A stretch of 39,680 nucleotides of DNA from a virus (lineage: Duplodnaviria > Heunggongvirae > Uroviricota > Caudoviricetes): the IMG/VR virus record IMGVR_UViG_650377934_000001; one strand, 5' to 3'. Within the stretch, counting starts at the first letter, position 1. Each line of letters begins with the position of its first letter. A program made the position numbers and the translations under genes. The notes under the pieces are model-generated. The model was not told the origin of the DNA and did not search any database. It saw nothing but the letters and a program-made list of their open reading frames with translations. Below are positions 19,765 to 28,920 of the stretch, one piece after another.

Positions 19765-21116
19765 TTATTCACCTCCACATGCCCCTCCAGTACGTCAATC
19801 ATCCCGTCAGCAATCGCGGCTTCAAGCGACTGTGCAGATACGCGGCTGATACTGACCAGCACATCCGCCCGGTCATTCTGCCTGCCGACTGTCTGTGATG
19901 TTCTGACCACAATCCGGGCCGTGCCGTCACGGGTTGCCACAACATACAGCAACTGGTGGTTCTCCCTGTCCCACAATACCGCCTGTGGTTTTGCCATCAG
20001 CGACGGCAGACGCTGTAAATCCTCCGGTTTCAGGGCGGCATCAGCAGTGGTCGCCAGACTTTTCCCGTTCATTACAAGCAGACGGGCTGGCATATTCCCG
20101 GTGCGCTGATATACGGCTTCAGCCACGGATCCCGTCATAAACCCCAGCGCCCGGATTTCATGACCGGTCTGACGTGATCCTGCCAGGCGTTTAAGCCAGA
20201 GGGAAAAAGCAAGCTGACGCTCCCGGCTGTTATTCAGCGTCTGAACAACCTGCTCACGCAGCTGCGCGTCACGAACTTCCACCAGTTTTCGAATCAGTGC
20301 CTGATCCGTACCAAATGCCGCCGAACCGGGGTTATATGACCAGCCCACATCTGGCGTCATTTTTACCCGACCGTTGTCAAACGTGGTTGACGATGTGCGG
20401 AAAATCTCTCCGGTGCTTTCATCCGTACCGGCATCCACTTCGCGGGTATTCATGAATGACGCACCATAACTGACCTGTAGCCCCAGTTCTTTCATGCGGG
20501 CCGCAGACAGCGCCCGGACGCGACAGCGGCAGTTCCAGCCATTGGGCGGGTAATGCGTCTGCCAGAAAATGTCGTCATACTGGAAAACCATATTGTGCAG
20601 CCGCGCATGTTCCGGGCGTGTTCTGCCATCCATAACGGCAACGTACTGCCAGTACGGGTACAAATCGGCGGTATTCATCATCTGCGCATAACGTCCTGCC
20701 CCATACGCCGTACGGGTATTGACGTTATAAATGGTTGCCAGACGACGCGGACTGCCCAGTTCGATTTCCTTCGCGTTTCCCTCTGCATCCACGATGATTT
20801 GTTTTCCCCACCATCCGAGTTTTTGCAGCCGGGGGGCCAGTGTGCGGGTAAATTCCTCACGGGTGATGCCTTCACTGACAGCCCGCTCCACTTCCTCACG
20901 GATTGTGGTCAGGACATCCATCCGGGTGGCTTTGGCAACGGTAAAGGCGCGGGCGTGCGCGTCTGCCAGTTGTTCGTACCAGTTCCAGGTGATGTTGTAG
21001 CCTTTGGCGCGGAAATACGCGACAGCCTCCTTTGGCGGGAGGCGCGCGGCATACGCCAGATCAATGGTCTGCTGCGGCATCCAGACGCCCCCATATATCG
21101 GCAACAAAAATGGCAC
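19761..21116 (-). CDS. F: Head morphogenesis protein F (Mu F-like minor capsid protein)
   Basis: About 430-451 aa depending on start (alternative start at the MPQQT Met); follows portal gene. Confidence 0.75.
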   Translation of the reverse strand: MPFLLPIYGGVWMPQQTIDLAYAARLPPKEAVAYFRAKGYNITWNWYEQLADAHARAFTVAKATRMDVLTTIREEVERAVSEGITREEFTRTLAPRLQKLGWWGKQIIVDAEGNAKEIELGSPRRLATIYNVNTRTAYGAGRYAQMMNTADLYPYWQYVAVMDGRTRPEHARLHNMVFQYDDIFWQTHYPPNGWNCRCRVRALSAARMKELGLQVSYGASFMNTREVDAGTDESTGEIFRTSSTTFDNGRVKMTPDVGWSYNPGSAAFGTDQALIRKLVEVRDAQLREQVVQTLNNSRERQLAFSLWLKRLAGSRQTGHEIRALGFMTGSVAEAVYQRTGNMPARLLVMNGKSLATTADAALKPEDLQRLPSLMAKPQAVLWDRENHQLLYVVATRDGTARIVVRTSQTVGRQNDRADVLVSISRVSAQSLEAAIADGMIDVLEGHVEVNK

Positions 21117-22599
21117 GGGTCAGCATGTCGATAAGTTCTGCATCATCCATCTGCGGATATAATGAAGCGGCTTTGTTCATGGCGGCTTCCGGGCCATCTT
21201 TCAGCACAGAAAAAATGACGGGTTTCAGCAGGGGGTCAACCGAACGCTGCCAGTCTTCCGGTGAGACGCCCATCCGGTCGATATCATCCTCCTGCGGGAT
21301 ATCTTCAGCGGATAATGCGGCCTCTTTCTGCGAACCGTTATCCGGGACAACCGGTTGTATAGTAAACACGGCTTCATCACCGACCGGCTGTGGAATATGA
21401 AGTTTTTCCTGTATCCAGGAGACCGGAATACGCATTCCCGCCGCCAGTTTCGGAATGGCGTCAGACAGTGCCGTAATATCACCCGCTTCACTGGTATCAA
21501 ATACAATGCCCGGCAGGCGGTTAATATCAATGGTGCTGTCACTGTTCAGTGCCAGCAGGGGATAAATCAGGTCACGGTTAATACTGCGGGCAAGCTGGCC
21601 CACATCCGCGTTACGGATTTCCCGGCGAACCTCATCATGCACTTCACCCAGCGACCGCGCACCTTTATCGCCAGCCTCTGTGGTCAGGGTGCCGCCCAGA
21701 ATGGCTTTTGAAATCGCTTTTTCTGCCCAGCCAATCATCGCCATAAAAGGGTCTGACTGACCATCTGCGGCGCTCTGAAAATCCAGCGTCATCCCCATCG
21801 GAATAATGCCACCGGCACGTCGCCCGATATCCATCACGGCCTGCATCAGCGTGGCTTTCTCGCGGTTCGTTGAGCCGGTCGGATATTTACCGACGCGCAT
21901 GGGGAGTCCGTAAATTTCCAGAAACTCTGCAAAATCACGCACGGAATAGTTTTTAAAAATAAAAGGCCAGATAAGCGTGCGCACAAGGCCATTGGTGCCG
22001 ACATACCCGGTGCGGGATTTGGCCCGGTGCATAAACCAGCCGAACGGTTGCAGCTCCAGCCCGTGATAAGACGCATCACGCAGGCGTAATTCGTTCAGAT
22101 TGTCGGGGTTCGCGCAGAACAGCGCCGGATCGCGATGATGCAGCGCCACCGGCACGCGCATTTTCCCCAGCCAGCCCCATTCAATCTCCTGCATGGAATA
22201 GCCCTTGAGAATGGCATCACCGGCATCAAACAGGGCATCTTCAAACCACGCCGCATCATGCAGATATTCATTCAGCATGTCGGCGTCTTTTTTCTCCTGT
22301 GCGCTGGCATCACGTGCCGGAGCGATGCGCCATTCCAGCGCCTGAATGGCAAGGCGGCGTTTGCTCAGTTCGGAAAAAAGGTGGGTGTCCTTTTCTTCCA
22401 TATCAAAGGCCAGGTCAGCCTGTGCTGTCAGATCACCGCGTTCGGCATCACGCAGCATCTGCGCGGCCCGGTTCGGCGTCACACCACTGGAAGGATGCTC
22501 CTGCGTGCGCTTCATGACCATTGCCAGCTCATCGCTGCGGCTCTGCATTTCATCGTCAAAATCAAACGGCTGCCCGGAAATATCCAGAATACGGCCCAT
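21061..22599 (-). CDS. H: Portal protein
   Basis: 512-aa ORF directly downstream of the large terminase gene with ATGA overlap. Confidence 0.85.
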   Translation of the reverse strand: MGRILDISGQPFDFDDEMQSRSDELAMVMKRTQEHPSSGVTPNRAAQMLRDAERGDLTAQADLAFDMEEKDTHLFSELSKRRLAIQALEWRIAPARDASAQEKKDADMLNEYLHDAAWFEDALFDAGDAILKGYSMQEIEWGWLGKMRVPVALHHRDPALFCANPDNLNELRLRDASYHGLELQPFGWFMHRAKSRTGYVGTNGLVRTLIWPFIFKNYSVRDFAEFLEIYGLPMRVGKYPTGSTNREKATLMQAVMDIGRRAGGIIPMGMTLDFQSAADGQSDPFMAMIGWAEKAISKAILGGTLTTEAGDKGARSLGEVHDEVRREIRNADVGQLARSINRDLIYPLLALNSDSTIDINRLPGIVFDTSEAGDITALSDAIPKLAAGMRIPVSWIQEKLHIPQPVGDEAVFTIQPVVPDNGSQKEAALSAEDIPQEDDIDRMGVSPEDWQRSVDPLLKPVIFSVLKDGPEAAMNKAASLYPQMDDAELIDMLTRAIFVADIWGRLDAAADH

Positions 22600-24254
22600 T
22601 ACCAGCCCCCTCGTTCAAACTGGTGATAATCATCAAAATCATCGTTATCAACATCATCACCACGGTGGCGTGGTGGCAGCGCCTGTATGCTGTCCTCGTC
22701 GATAACAAAACCATTCATATAAGACGCCCTGACAGCCATACAGAGCGCCACGGCAAAGTCGCCATGTCGTCGGCCTTTACCGCCTTCATCTTTTGTGCGC
22801 CCCTTGTCAATCTGCGGGATCCCCTTATCCACCTTGATATGAAGCAGGTCATCAAGTGTGGTCTGATGCCTGGCAATCGTGATGTTCTGCGCTTCAAACT
22901 CGCCTTTCAGTTTTGGCATCCACTCCTGATACCAGGCGGGGGTCAGACTGATGCAGTCGATCATCTCCGGGCCATAAATCAGACGGGCGGCCTCTGCCAG
23001 ATAACCGCCGTTACCGGTGGCATCAAATGCAGCGCCGGTAAAACGGGGCAAACGGGACAGAATGAATAAAAGGATTTGTCGCTGCTGGTCATAGGTCACA
23101 TTACGCAGCTCCACGCGGAAACATTCGCGTTTGCGTAAGTCAGGCGTGATGGCAAGCGGCACAAACACCGTCAGGTCGCCACGGCGTGCAAAGTCTTCGC
23201 CCAGTACGTGTTTATTGAGCGGCGACAGCGCATCGAGCAACGGGAGCAGCTCCTGTTCACACCAGTCCTGAACGATGCCGTGGCGCATTTGTGGTGTCAG
23301 CGATTCAAAATCGTCCGGGGCTTCAAAACGCAGAACCGGGATATCCCGCGCTGGCGTCATGGCGGCTTCAATCAGCACGCGTGACAGATAAGCGCCCCCG
23401 GATTTTTTAGGAATGCAGCCGTATTCCTCGTCGGCACTCTCTTTATTCGGCGCATTCCGGTACAGGCCATCACGCCAGGCTTTTTCCGCTTCCGGCGACC
23501 ACGGCTGATTCGTGACGTAACAGATACGTCGGTATAACCCGTCAGCGATGGCATCATCCAGCGTGATGCGGTGAACGCTGTAATCCTTGCGCCCCTCGCG
23601 CGCATCCTGAATGTACTGATTAAACAAATTATCGACGCCGTTATGTGTCGATATGATGCGCACGCTGGCACCCCACATGTTTAGTGCAAAGGCCGCTTTC
23701 AGGAGTTCGTCCAGGGCTTCATGGAATGCCGCCTCATCAATCACCACGTCCCCCTGCAAACCACGCAGGTTAGACGGGCGGCTTGACAGCGCCTGTATCT
23801 TAAATCCGCTGTTCGGAAAGCGGATCATATAAGTGAGGATTTCTTCTTTTTTATCGCTGTCCCAGAAGGTCTGCTCCCAGACATCAGCCTTTGCCAGCTG
23901 GTTAAAGGCGCGGGCAAACAGGGCACAGGCGGCGATGTATTCCAGCGCCATTTCCTGACGGGAACCCACATAAAAGACATTGCGACCACCGCGACGCTTC
24001 GGCTTCGCTGCCGTCATGACATTGCGGCCTGCTTCGGCCCACGTCAGGCCAGTACGACGGGATTTTTCAGCAATACAAATCTGGCTTTCATCCTCAAACC
24101 AGCGGCGCTGATAGCCCAGAAAAACCGGTTCATTGCGGGGCTGTGCTTCCCCGATATCGGTCACGATATCCACGCCGAGCAGTCCGGCTTCCTCACGCAG
24201 GTTGATTTTGCGGGGCGCATGAAGGGCTTTAAGGTTGTTTTCTCTGGTGTTCAT
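22599..24254 (-). CDS. Terminase large subunit
   Basis: 552 aa from the MNTREN Met (longest ORF 615 aa overlaps the upstream gene); between the small-terminase-like gene and the portal gene. Confidence 0.85.
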   Translation of the reverse strand: MNTRENNLKALHAPRKINLREEAGLLGVDIVTDIGEAQPRNEPVFLGYQRRWFEDESQICIAEKSRRTGLTWAEAGRNVMTAAKPKRRGGRNVFYVGSRQEMALEYIAACALFARAFNQLAKADVWEQTFWDSDKKEEILTYMIRFPNSGFKIQALSSRPSNLRGLQGDVVIDEAAFHEALDELLKAAFALNMWGASVRIISTHNGVDNLFNQYIQDAREGRKDYSVHRITLDDAIADGLYRRICYVTNQPWSPEAEKAWRDGLYRNAPNKESADEEYGCIPKKSGGAYLSRVLIEAAMTPARDIPVLRFEAPDDFESLTPQMRHGIVQDWCEQELLPLLDALSPLNKHVLGEDFARRGDLTVFVPLAITPDLRKRECFRVELRNVTYDQQRQILLFILSRLPRFTGAAFDATGNGGYLAEAARLIYGPEMIDCISLTPAWYQEWMPKLKGEFEAQNITIARHQTTLDDLLHIKVDKGIPQIDKGRTKDEGGKGRRHGDFAVALCMAVRASYMNGFVIDEDSIQALPPRHRGDDVDNDDFDDYHQFERGGW

Positions 24255-24261
24255 AACCCTC

Positions 24262-24852
24262 TCATGCCTTACCCAGCAGTACATCACGGATACGCTGCTC
24301 CAGCTCTTCGCTGATGCCATCCTGCCCGCGCAGTTCTTCACTGACGGCGTTTGCCGCTTCTTCTGCGAATGCCTGGCGGATTTCTTTCTCGCGCCGGTGG
24401 CTGGACATTGCCGTGGATTCCAGACGCTGTGCCGCCAGCATGGCATTTTTCAGCAGGTCAATATCCACGTCAGATTCCGGGTTTTCGATTTGCCGCATCA
24501 TGGCCTTAAAAAGCTGGCTGCGGGCCATTTCCAGAATCAGCTTTGTGGTTTCTCCCATTGGCTTGTCGCCAAGTTCTGCGGTCAGTGCTGACGTCATTTC
24601 ACGCATCTGTCGCAGGTTATGGCCTACCTGCTCGACGTTCGTCGCGTAACGATTCAGACCGGAACGGGAGAGTTTCATCTCATCCGGCAGGCCTGCGTCT
24701 TCAATCAGTGCGTTAATTTCTTCCAGAATGCGGGCCTGTGGGATCGCTTTATCACGCAGCATTTCATGCAGCGTTTTACGTACGTTTTCCGGCAGTAAAT
24801 CCACTTTTGAAGCCCGGCCCCGTGTTTTCCTGTCCATCACGCCTCCTGTCAT
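24262..24852 (-). CDS. Terminase small subunit-like protein (Mu gp27-like)
   Basis: 196-aa ORF immediately upstream of the large terminase gene. Confidence 0.6.
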   Translation of the reverse strand: MTGGVMDRKTRGRASKVDLLPENVRKTLHEMLRDKAIPQARILEEINALIEDAGLPDEMKLSRSGLNRYATNVEQVGHNLRQMREMTSALTAELGDKPMGETTKLILEMARSQLFKAMMRQIENPESDVDIDLLKNAMLAAQRLESTAMSSHRREKEIRQAFAEEAANAVSEELRGQDGISEELEQRIRDVLLGKA

Positions 24853-25139
24853 GCACGGGGACGAGGACGCTTGACACCGGCAACGCGGGCACGACCTTCT
24901 GCCACATCCTGACCTCGGGAGGTCAGCGTTACGACATAAAAGCCGCGCAGGTTTTCCACGGTGACCAGTTGCTGCTCTGCCAGCCAGTCAATCTGGCCGC
25001 GAACCACATCGCGGGAAACGTTGTGTCCGTATGCATCCAGACAGTCCTGAAGGATGGATTCGTTTGCTTCGTTATTGCAGTCCATCAGGGAACGCAGGAT
25101 GACCAGACGACGGTCTTCGGTCAGAATATCGTTAATCAT
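24849..25139 (-). CDS. Small conserved Mu late protein (gp26-like)
   Basis: 96-aa ORF, 4-nt overlaps with both neighbours. Confidence 0.55.
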   Translation of the reverse strand: MINDILTEDRRLVILRSLMDCNNEANESILQDCLDAYGHNVSRDVVRGQIDWLAEQQLVTVENLRGFYVVTLTSRGQDVAEGRARVAGVKRPRPRA

Positions 25140-25453
25140 GAATTACTCCGGTTTACTGCGTTTTCAAGCAGCAGCTCCAGTTGATGGGAAAATGACTGCA
25201 CCCGCTGGGACAGCACCCGGATATCGCCGGACAGCTCTGCAATTCGCAGGCGCATTTCGTGTACATCTTCTGTGCCAGGGATGCTGGCGTAGCGGGTTTC
25301 CATTTCGGTCATCCGGTTTTCAAGACGCTCCACACGCTCGGTGCTGGCAAAACTACGACGCATCGCCCAGACGGCCCCACCGGCCACAACAGGCAACAGG
25401 TAAGGCCATAACGCTAAAACTGAAATCAAATCCATTATTCTGCTCCACGGCAC
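25136..25453 (-). CDS. Small membrane protein with N-terminal TM helix and coiled-coil tail; candidate lysis regulator (releasin-like)
   Basis: 105-aa ORF; hydrophobic segment ISVLALWPYLLPVVAGGAVWAM followed by a charged helical region. Confidence 0.55.
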   Translation of the reverse strand: MPWSRIMDLISVLALWPYLLPVVAGGAVWAMRRSFASTERVERLENRMTEMETRYASIPGTEDVHEMRLRIAELSGDIRVLSQRVQSFSHQLELLLENAVNRSNS

Positions 25454-25629
25454 CAGTGGCAGTAGTTCGCCATCGGCTGCTGTCTCAGCACATCAGGCCG
25501 CAGCTCACGACCGCAACCGGCACACAATACAGGCGGGTCATACGCCGCCGGGCGGGGAATATCACGGGTATCCCCCTGCCAGAGTTCAGCGAGCAGCAGC
25601 GCCACCGCCCGGTTCTGGTCTTCGTTCAT
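25435..25629 (-). CDS. C4 zinc-finger protein (TraR/DksA-type spacing)
   Basis: 64-aa ORF with CAGC-x17-CHWC (Cys36, 39, 57, 60). Confidence 0.6.
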   Translation of the reverse strand: MNEDQNRAVALLLAELWQGDTRDIPRPAAYDPPVLCAGCGRELRPDVLRQQPMANYCHWCRGAE

Positions 25630-25927
25630 AAATTTCTTTCCTTCGGATCTCCTGTTCCCGGACTGATGCCTTGTCGCGGTTGCACTGCCCGAGCGCCATC
25701 AACAGGTCAGCATTCCAGAGAAGGGATGCTCCCCACGTCAGGGGCTGTGGCATGGGCGGAACGGGCGTTGCTTCCGTCAGTTCTGTATCAATTTCGGGCA
25801 GGATCACCACCGATGGCACGGGTGCGTTTTTCGAGTTCCCGCAACCTGTCAGCAGCAACGGCAGGCACAGGACGAGTGCTGCAATTGTCACCAGTAATGG
25901 CGGTTGTAATTTTTTCTTTTGCATCAT
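25586..25927 (-). CDS. Outer-membrane lipoprotein spanin component (o-spanin), overlapping the i-spanin gene
   Basis: Signal peptide plus lipobox LLTGC (MQKKKLQPPLLVTIAALVLCLPLLLTGC), Pro-rich mature part; start taken at the Met at 25927. Confidence 0.7.
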   Translation of the reverse strand: MMQKKKLQPPLLVTIAALVLCLPLLLTGCGNSKNAPVPSVVILPEIDTELTEATPVPPMPQPLTWGASLLWNADLLMALGQCNRDKASVREQEIRRKEIYERRPEPGGGAAAR

Positions 25928-26174
25928 GATGTTCTGTCTCATCTGCCAGCCGTGCGGCACGATTTGCGGCACGGATAGCGGAAAATACCTGCATCGTCTG
26001 TTCCTGACCGTGTAACAACCATTCAGCAGTGTGGCGGGCCTGTTGCTCCGTCTGTAATTCACGGCGCAGCGTCTGGTTATCGTGGCGGGTGCTGTCCAGC
26101 CTGTGCCACAACCCCCCGGACAGAACGGCGGTAAACACGGCTGCCAGTAGTAAACTTTTACTGGCGAAGGTCAT
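25788..26174 (-). CDS. Inner-membrane spanin component (i-spanin)
   Basis: 128-aa ORF with N-terminal TM helix (SLLLAAVFTAVLSGGLW) and helical periplasmic domain; directly after lys. Confidence 0.7.
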   Translation of the reverse strand: MTFASKSLLLAAVFTAVLSGGLWHRLDSTRHDNQTLRRELQTEQQARHTAEWLLHGQEQTMQVFSAIRAANRAARLADETEHHDAKEKITTAITGDNCSTRPVPAVAADRLRELEKRTRAIGGDPARN

Positions 26175-26676
26175 CCGCCCCCCTGATATTCCAGATTGCC
26201 ATTTCCACTTCGCGACGGTTCATCAGTCCTTTCCATTTATGGCCTGCGGCAAACACCCAGCGGGCCATCTGGTCACGCGCTCCGGCGTAATCACCGGCAT
26301 TGAGTTTTTTCAGCAGCGTTGATTTACTGAATGCGGTAACACCGGTGTTGAAAATAAACGTTGCCAGCGCCGTTTTCTGATATGGCGTCAGCGGCACCCT
26401 GACAAGACGATCGATTGCCGCATAAACCGGTTTTAAATCACTGTCGAGGAGAGCCATACACTCCGCATGGCTGTAACGGCGCATTTCGATATCCGGCCCG
26501 GTATGTCCCACACAGACCGTAAGCACACCGGCAATATCGCGGTAAGGCATATAAGCGATATTTTCCAGGTGGATCAGAGACTGACGGGTCATTTCCTGAT
26601 AACCACCCACTCCGCCACCGGCAATCGTTACAGCCAGCAGTGCGGCTTTCAGTTTTTTTGGTATCCCCGCCATCAT
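26158..26676 (-). CDS. lys: Endolysin with N-terminal signal-anchor-release (SAR) domain
   Basis: 172-aa ORF; Gly/Ala-rich weakly hydrophobic N-terminus KLKAALLAVTIAGGGVGG, lysozyme-like body; first gene after C. Confidence 0.85.
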   Translation of the reverse strand: MMAGIPKKLKAALLAVTIAGGGVGGYQEMTRQSLIHLENIAYMPYRDIAGVLTVCVGHTGPDIEMRRYSHAECMALLDSDLKPVYAAIDRLVRVPLTPYQKTALATFIFNTGVTAFSKSTLLKKLNAGDYAGARDQMARWVFAAGHKWKGLMNRREVEMAIWNIRGADDLRQ

Positions 26677-26767
26677 GCTTCCCTGAAAAAATTCTCTGAT
26701 GGCAGTCTAAAAAATCAGGTGGCAGGTGCGGGATTATGGTGACAGGAAATAACCGGCAGGATGCCGG
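26677..26767 (-). promoter_or_regulatory. C-dependent late promoter region upstream of lys
   Basis: 91-bp gap between C and lys. Confidence 0.5.
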
Positions 26768-27190
26768 TTATTTTGGGGTTTCAGGTGAGAACAGATCAGG
26801 CTGATGACGTCGTGTATGCAGCTTTCTCTGGCGGGCAATAATCTGGTAGATCTGCGGCTGGGACAGGCGGTACTGGCGACGCAGTTCTTCCATGTTACGA
26901 CCATTAAACTGGCAGTAAAGCAAATCGTCGCGTAACGCGGTCAGGATCGTATCGCCGCAGGGGATGTAAAACTGCCGTCCACCCAGAAAACAGGACAGGG
27001 CAACGGCCTGTTTACGGGCAAGTTCACGGGGATTGCTGACGTTCTGGCGTTTCAGTTCGTTTTCCAGAACATCAATCAGATCAACCACCGAACGGGGCCA
27101 GCGTGATTCCAGTTCCGGGGCCGGGATGTTATCAATATGTCCGATTAACTGGCGAATTGCCGGATCGTGTTCAAATAAATCATGCTGCAT
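26768..27190 (-). CDS. C: Late transcription activator C (Mor/C family)
   Basis: 140-aa ORF; shares the GG.Q.YIP.G...FNGRN...EL block with Mor. Confidence 0.9.
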   Translation of the reverse strand: MQHDLFEHDPAIRQLIGHIDNIPAPELESRWPRSVVDLIDVLENELKRQNVSNPRELARKQAVALSCFLGGRQFYIPCGDTILTALRDDLLYCQFNGRNMEELRRQYRLSQPQIYQIIARQRKLHTRRHQPDLFSPETPK

Positions 27191-27202
27191 ATTTTCCCCC
27201 GG

Positions 27203-27322
27203 TTAACAGACAGAAAGATACACCACGGCACTGATGGTTATCAGAACCACAAGGGCAATCACTTTTATCGCATTAATCAGCGTGGACGGCCCGAAACATT
27301 CATCACTGAATTTTCTGTACAT
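27203..27322 (-). CDS. Possible 39-aa hydrophobic micro-protein
   Basis: ATG at 27322, stop TAA 27203-27205, GGGG Shine-Dalgarno-like motif upstream; predicted peptide MYRKFSDECFGPSTLINAIKVIALVVLITISAVVYLSVC; below the 60-aa cutoff of the ORF track. Confidence 0.35.
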   Translation of the reverse strand: MYRKFSDECFGPSTLINAIKVIALVVLITISAVVYLSVC

Positions 27323-27331
27323 GGTGCCCCT

Positions 27332-27694
27332 TTACCCGAACAGACGAGCGCGAAAACGAAATGAGAGCCAGAACGTCAGCAATCCGGCCAGCGCCCAGAT
27401 GACATGCTCAGGACCCGTTTTCAGTTGAGACGTTGCCATCACGGCTAATCCCAGCCCGGACAGACTCCCCAGCCAGGTCAGAGGCCAGACGAACCGGGCA
27501 AAATGTTCAGGCACCCGGCAGCTCATTATCAGCGCATCCAGACAATCAGCGGCAACACATAAAGCAACACTGAAAACCGAGGCACAGCAAAACATCAGCG
27601 CGCGCCAGCCACAAAACAGACTTATCCACAATAACAGCGCCAGTAACACCACCGATAAAAAATCAGGCCACTGACGAGCAGAACGCTCAGACAT
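27332..27694 (-). CDS. Polytopic small membrane protein (middle operon)
   Basis: About 120 aa from the MSERSARQW Met (AGGGAG Shine-Dalgarno upstream); several hydrophobic helices. Confidence 0.6.
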   Translation of the reverse strand: MSERSARQWPDFLSVVLLALLLWISLFCGWRALMFCCASVFSVALCVAADCLDALIMSCRVPEHFARFVWPLTWLGSLSGLGLAVMATSQLKTGPEHVIWALAGLLTFWLSFRFRARLFG

Positions 27695-27905
27695 AATGTT
27701 TCTCCCTGTAAAGCAGGCAATGATGAAGAATTTCCGGCATATCAACTGACTGCCAGCCTTTCATGTAATAACTGCCGTGGGTGCCATCATGACCGGTATA
27801 GTCGCGGGGCGCAGGACGTGGCCCACCGGCGACACGGTGCAAAACCTCCTGACGCAGCCGCTCACGTCTGCCAAGATGAAAGGATGCATTCCAGCCTTTA
27901 CCCAT
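27687..27905 (-). CDS. Small ORF (72 aa), first gene after the early terminator
   Basis: ORF MGKGWNASFHLGRRERLRQEV... overlapping the start of the membrane-protein gene by 8 nt. Confidence 0.45.
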   Translation of the reverse strand: MGKGWNASFHLGRRERLRQEVLHRVAGGPRPAPRDYTGHDGTHGSYYMKGWQSVDMPEILHHCLLYREKHYV

Positions 27906-27952
27906 GATGATTTTCCCCGGTACGGTTATTCATCACAGGATATTGAGGACGT

Positions 27953-27977
27953 AAAAAAAGCCGGATTAACCGGCTTT
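27953..27977 (-). terminator. Intrinsic terminator downstream of mor (end of early operon)
   Basis: On the - strand AAAGCCGG-TTAAT-CCGGCTTT followed by TTTT, 6 nt after the mor stop; about 9.2 kb from the phage left end. Confidence 0.75.
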
Positions 27978-27982
27978 ACTGT

Positions 27983-28372
27983 TTACAGAAGTGAGGGCTG
28001 GTACTGGCGGTATTTCAGCCGTCGCATCCGGCGAATGGCTTTGTACACCGTATTGAAAGTGACACCATAACGGGTGGTCAGTTCGCTGACGTTGCGACCG
28101 TTAAAATCATTCCAGATACGCAAATCCCGAATCAGCGAGTCCAGAGCCTGACCGCGTGGAATGTAGACCTGACCGCCGCCCAGATGCTTACAGATAGCCA
28201 CAACAATCTCCAGTGAATGGGCAGGATCAACACCCAGCCGGGACAATTCCCCGCGCAGTAAATCGTTCAGCTCCGCCAGCAGTGCCGGAAAGCGTGACGT
28301 ATCCTCGGCGGGATTGTCAAGATGTGCCAGGATGGTGTCATCCTGCAAATCACCAAATAAATCTTCCGTCAT
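27983..28372 (-). CDS. mor: Middle operon regulator Mor (Mor/C family activator)
   Basis: 129-aa ORF, paralogue of C, last gene of the early operon. Confidence 0.9.
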   Translation of the reverse strand: MTEDLFGDLQDDTILAHLDNPAEDTSRFPALLAELNDLLRGELSRLGVDPAHSLEIVVAICKHLGGGQVYIPRGQALDSLIRDLRIWNDFNGRNVSELTTRYGVTFNTVYKAIRRMRRLKYRQYQPSLL

Positions 28373-28920
28373 TGTGCCATCCTCCGTGTCTTTCTGGCAT
28401 GGGCATAAGCCGCCGTCATGGCATCATAGCCGCGCAGTTCACGACCGGACGGACTGACCGGCAATGGAAGCCCGTGACGGGAAAAGGCTTCACGAATACA
28501 GCGGATGTGCCACTGCTTGAGTGTTTCGAGGACTGTCAGCAGCGTGTCGCCATGACACCACGCCAGTGTGGAAACGCCCTGTCCGCCGTTGCGTTTCGCG
28601 GTCAGGCGCTGAACATATTTATCCAGCGCCACATCACCGCCATCGGTAATAAAACCGTCTTCTGCCATCTGCTGCCAGATTTTATACACCTTCTCACGGG
28701 GCGTGACATGCCCCTTAAAGCGGCGACGGGGGTATTTATTCTGCTTCTTAAAGCCGCGTTCTTTCATGGCACCGAGCACCTGTTCCAGTTGCGTGACCGT
28801 CAGCTCGCGGCAACTGATTTTGCCCGTTTTCTGCATCAGAAAAGCGCGGTAAGTGTCGTCGTCGAGTTGTAGCTCCCGACGGGCGACATGGATTAATTTA
28901 ATCAGGGATGTGCGACTCAT
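28369..28920 (-). CDS. gemA: GemA-like protein (Mu gp16 family)
   Basis: 183 aa from the Met at 28920 preceded by GGAGG with 7-nt spacer (longest ORF starts at 28956); 4-nt overlap with mor. Confidence 0.8.
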   Translation of the reverse strand: MSRTSLIKLIHVARRELQLDDDTYRAFLMQKTGKISCRELTVTQLEQVLGAMKERGFKKQNKYPRRRFKGHVTPREKVYKIWQQMAEDGFITDGGDVALDKYVQRLTAKRNGGQGVSTLAWCHGDTLLTVLETLKQWHIRCIREAFSRHGLPLPVSPSGRELRGYDAMTAAYAHARKTRRMAQ

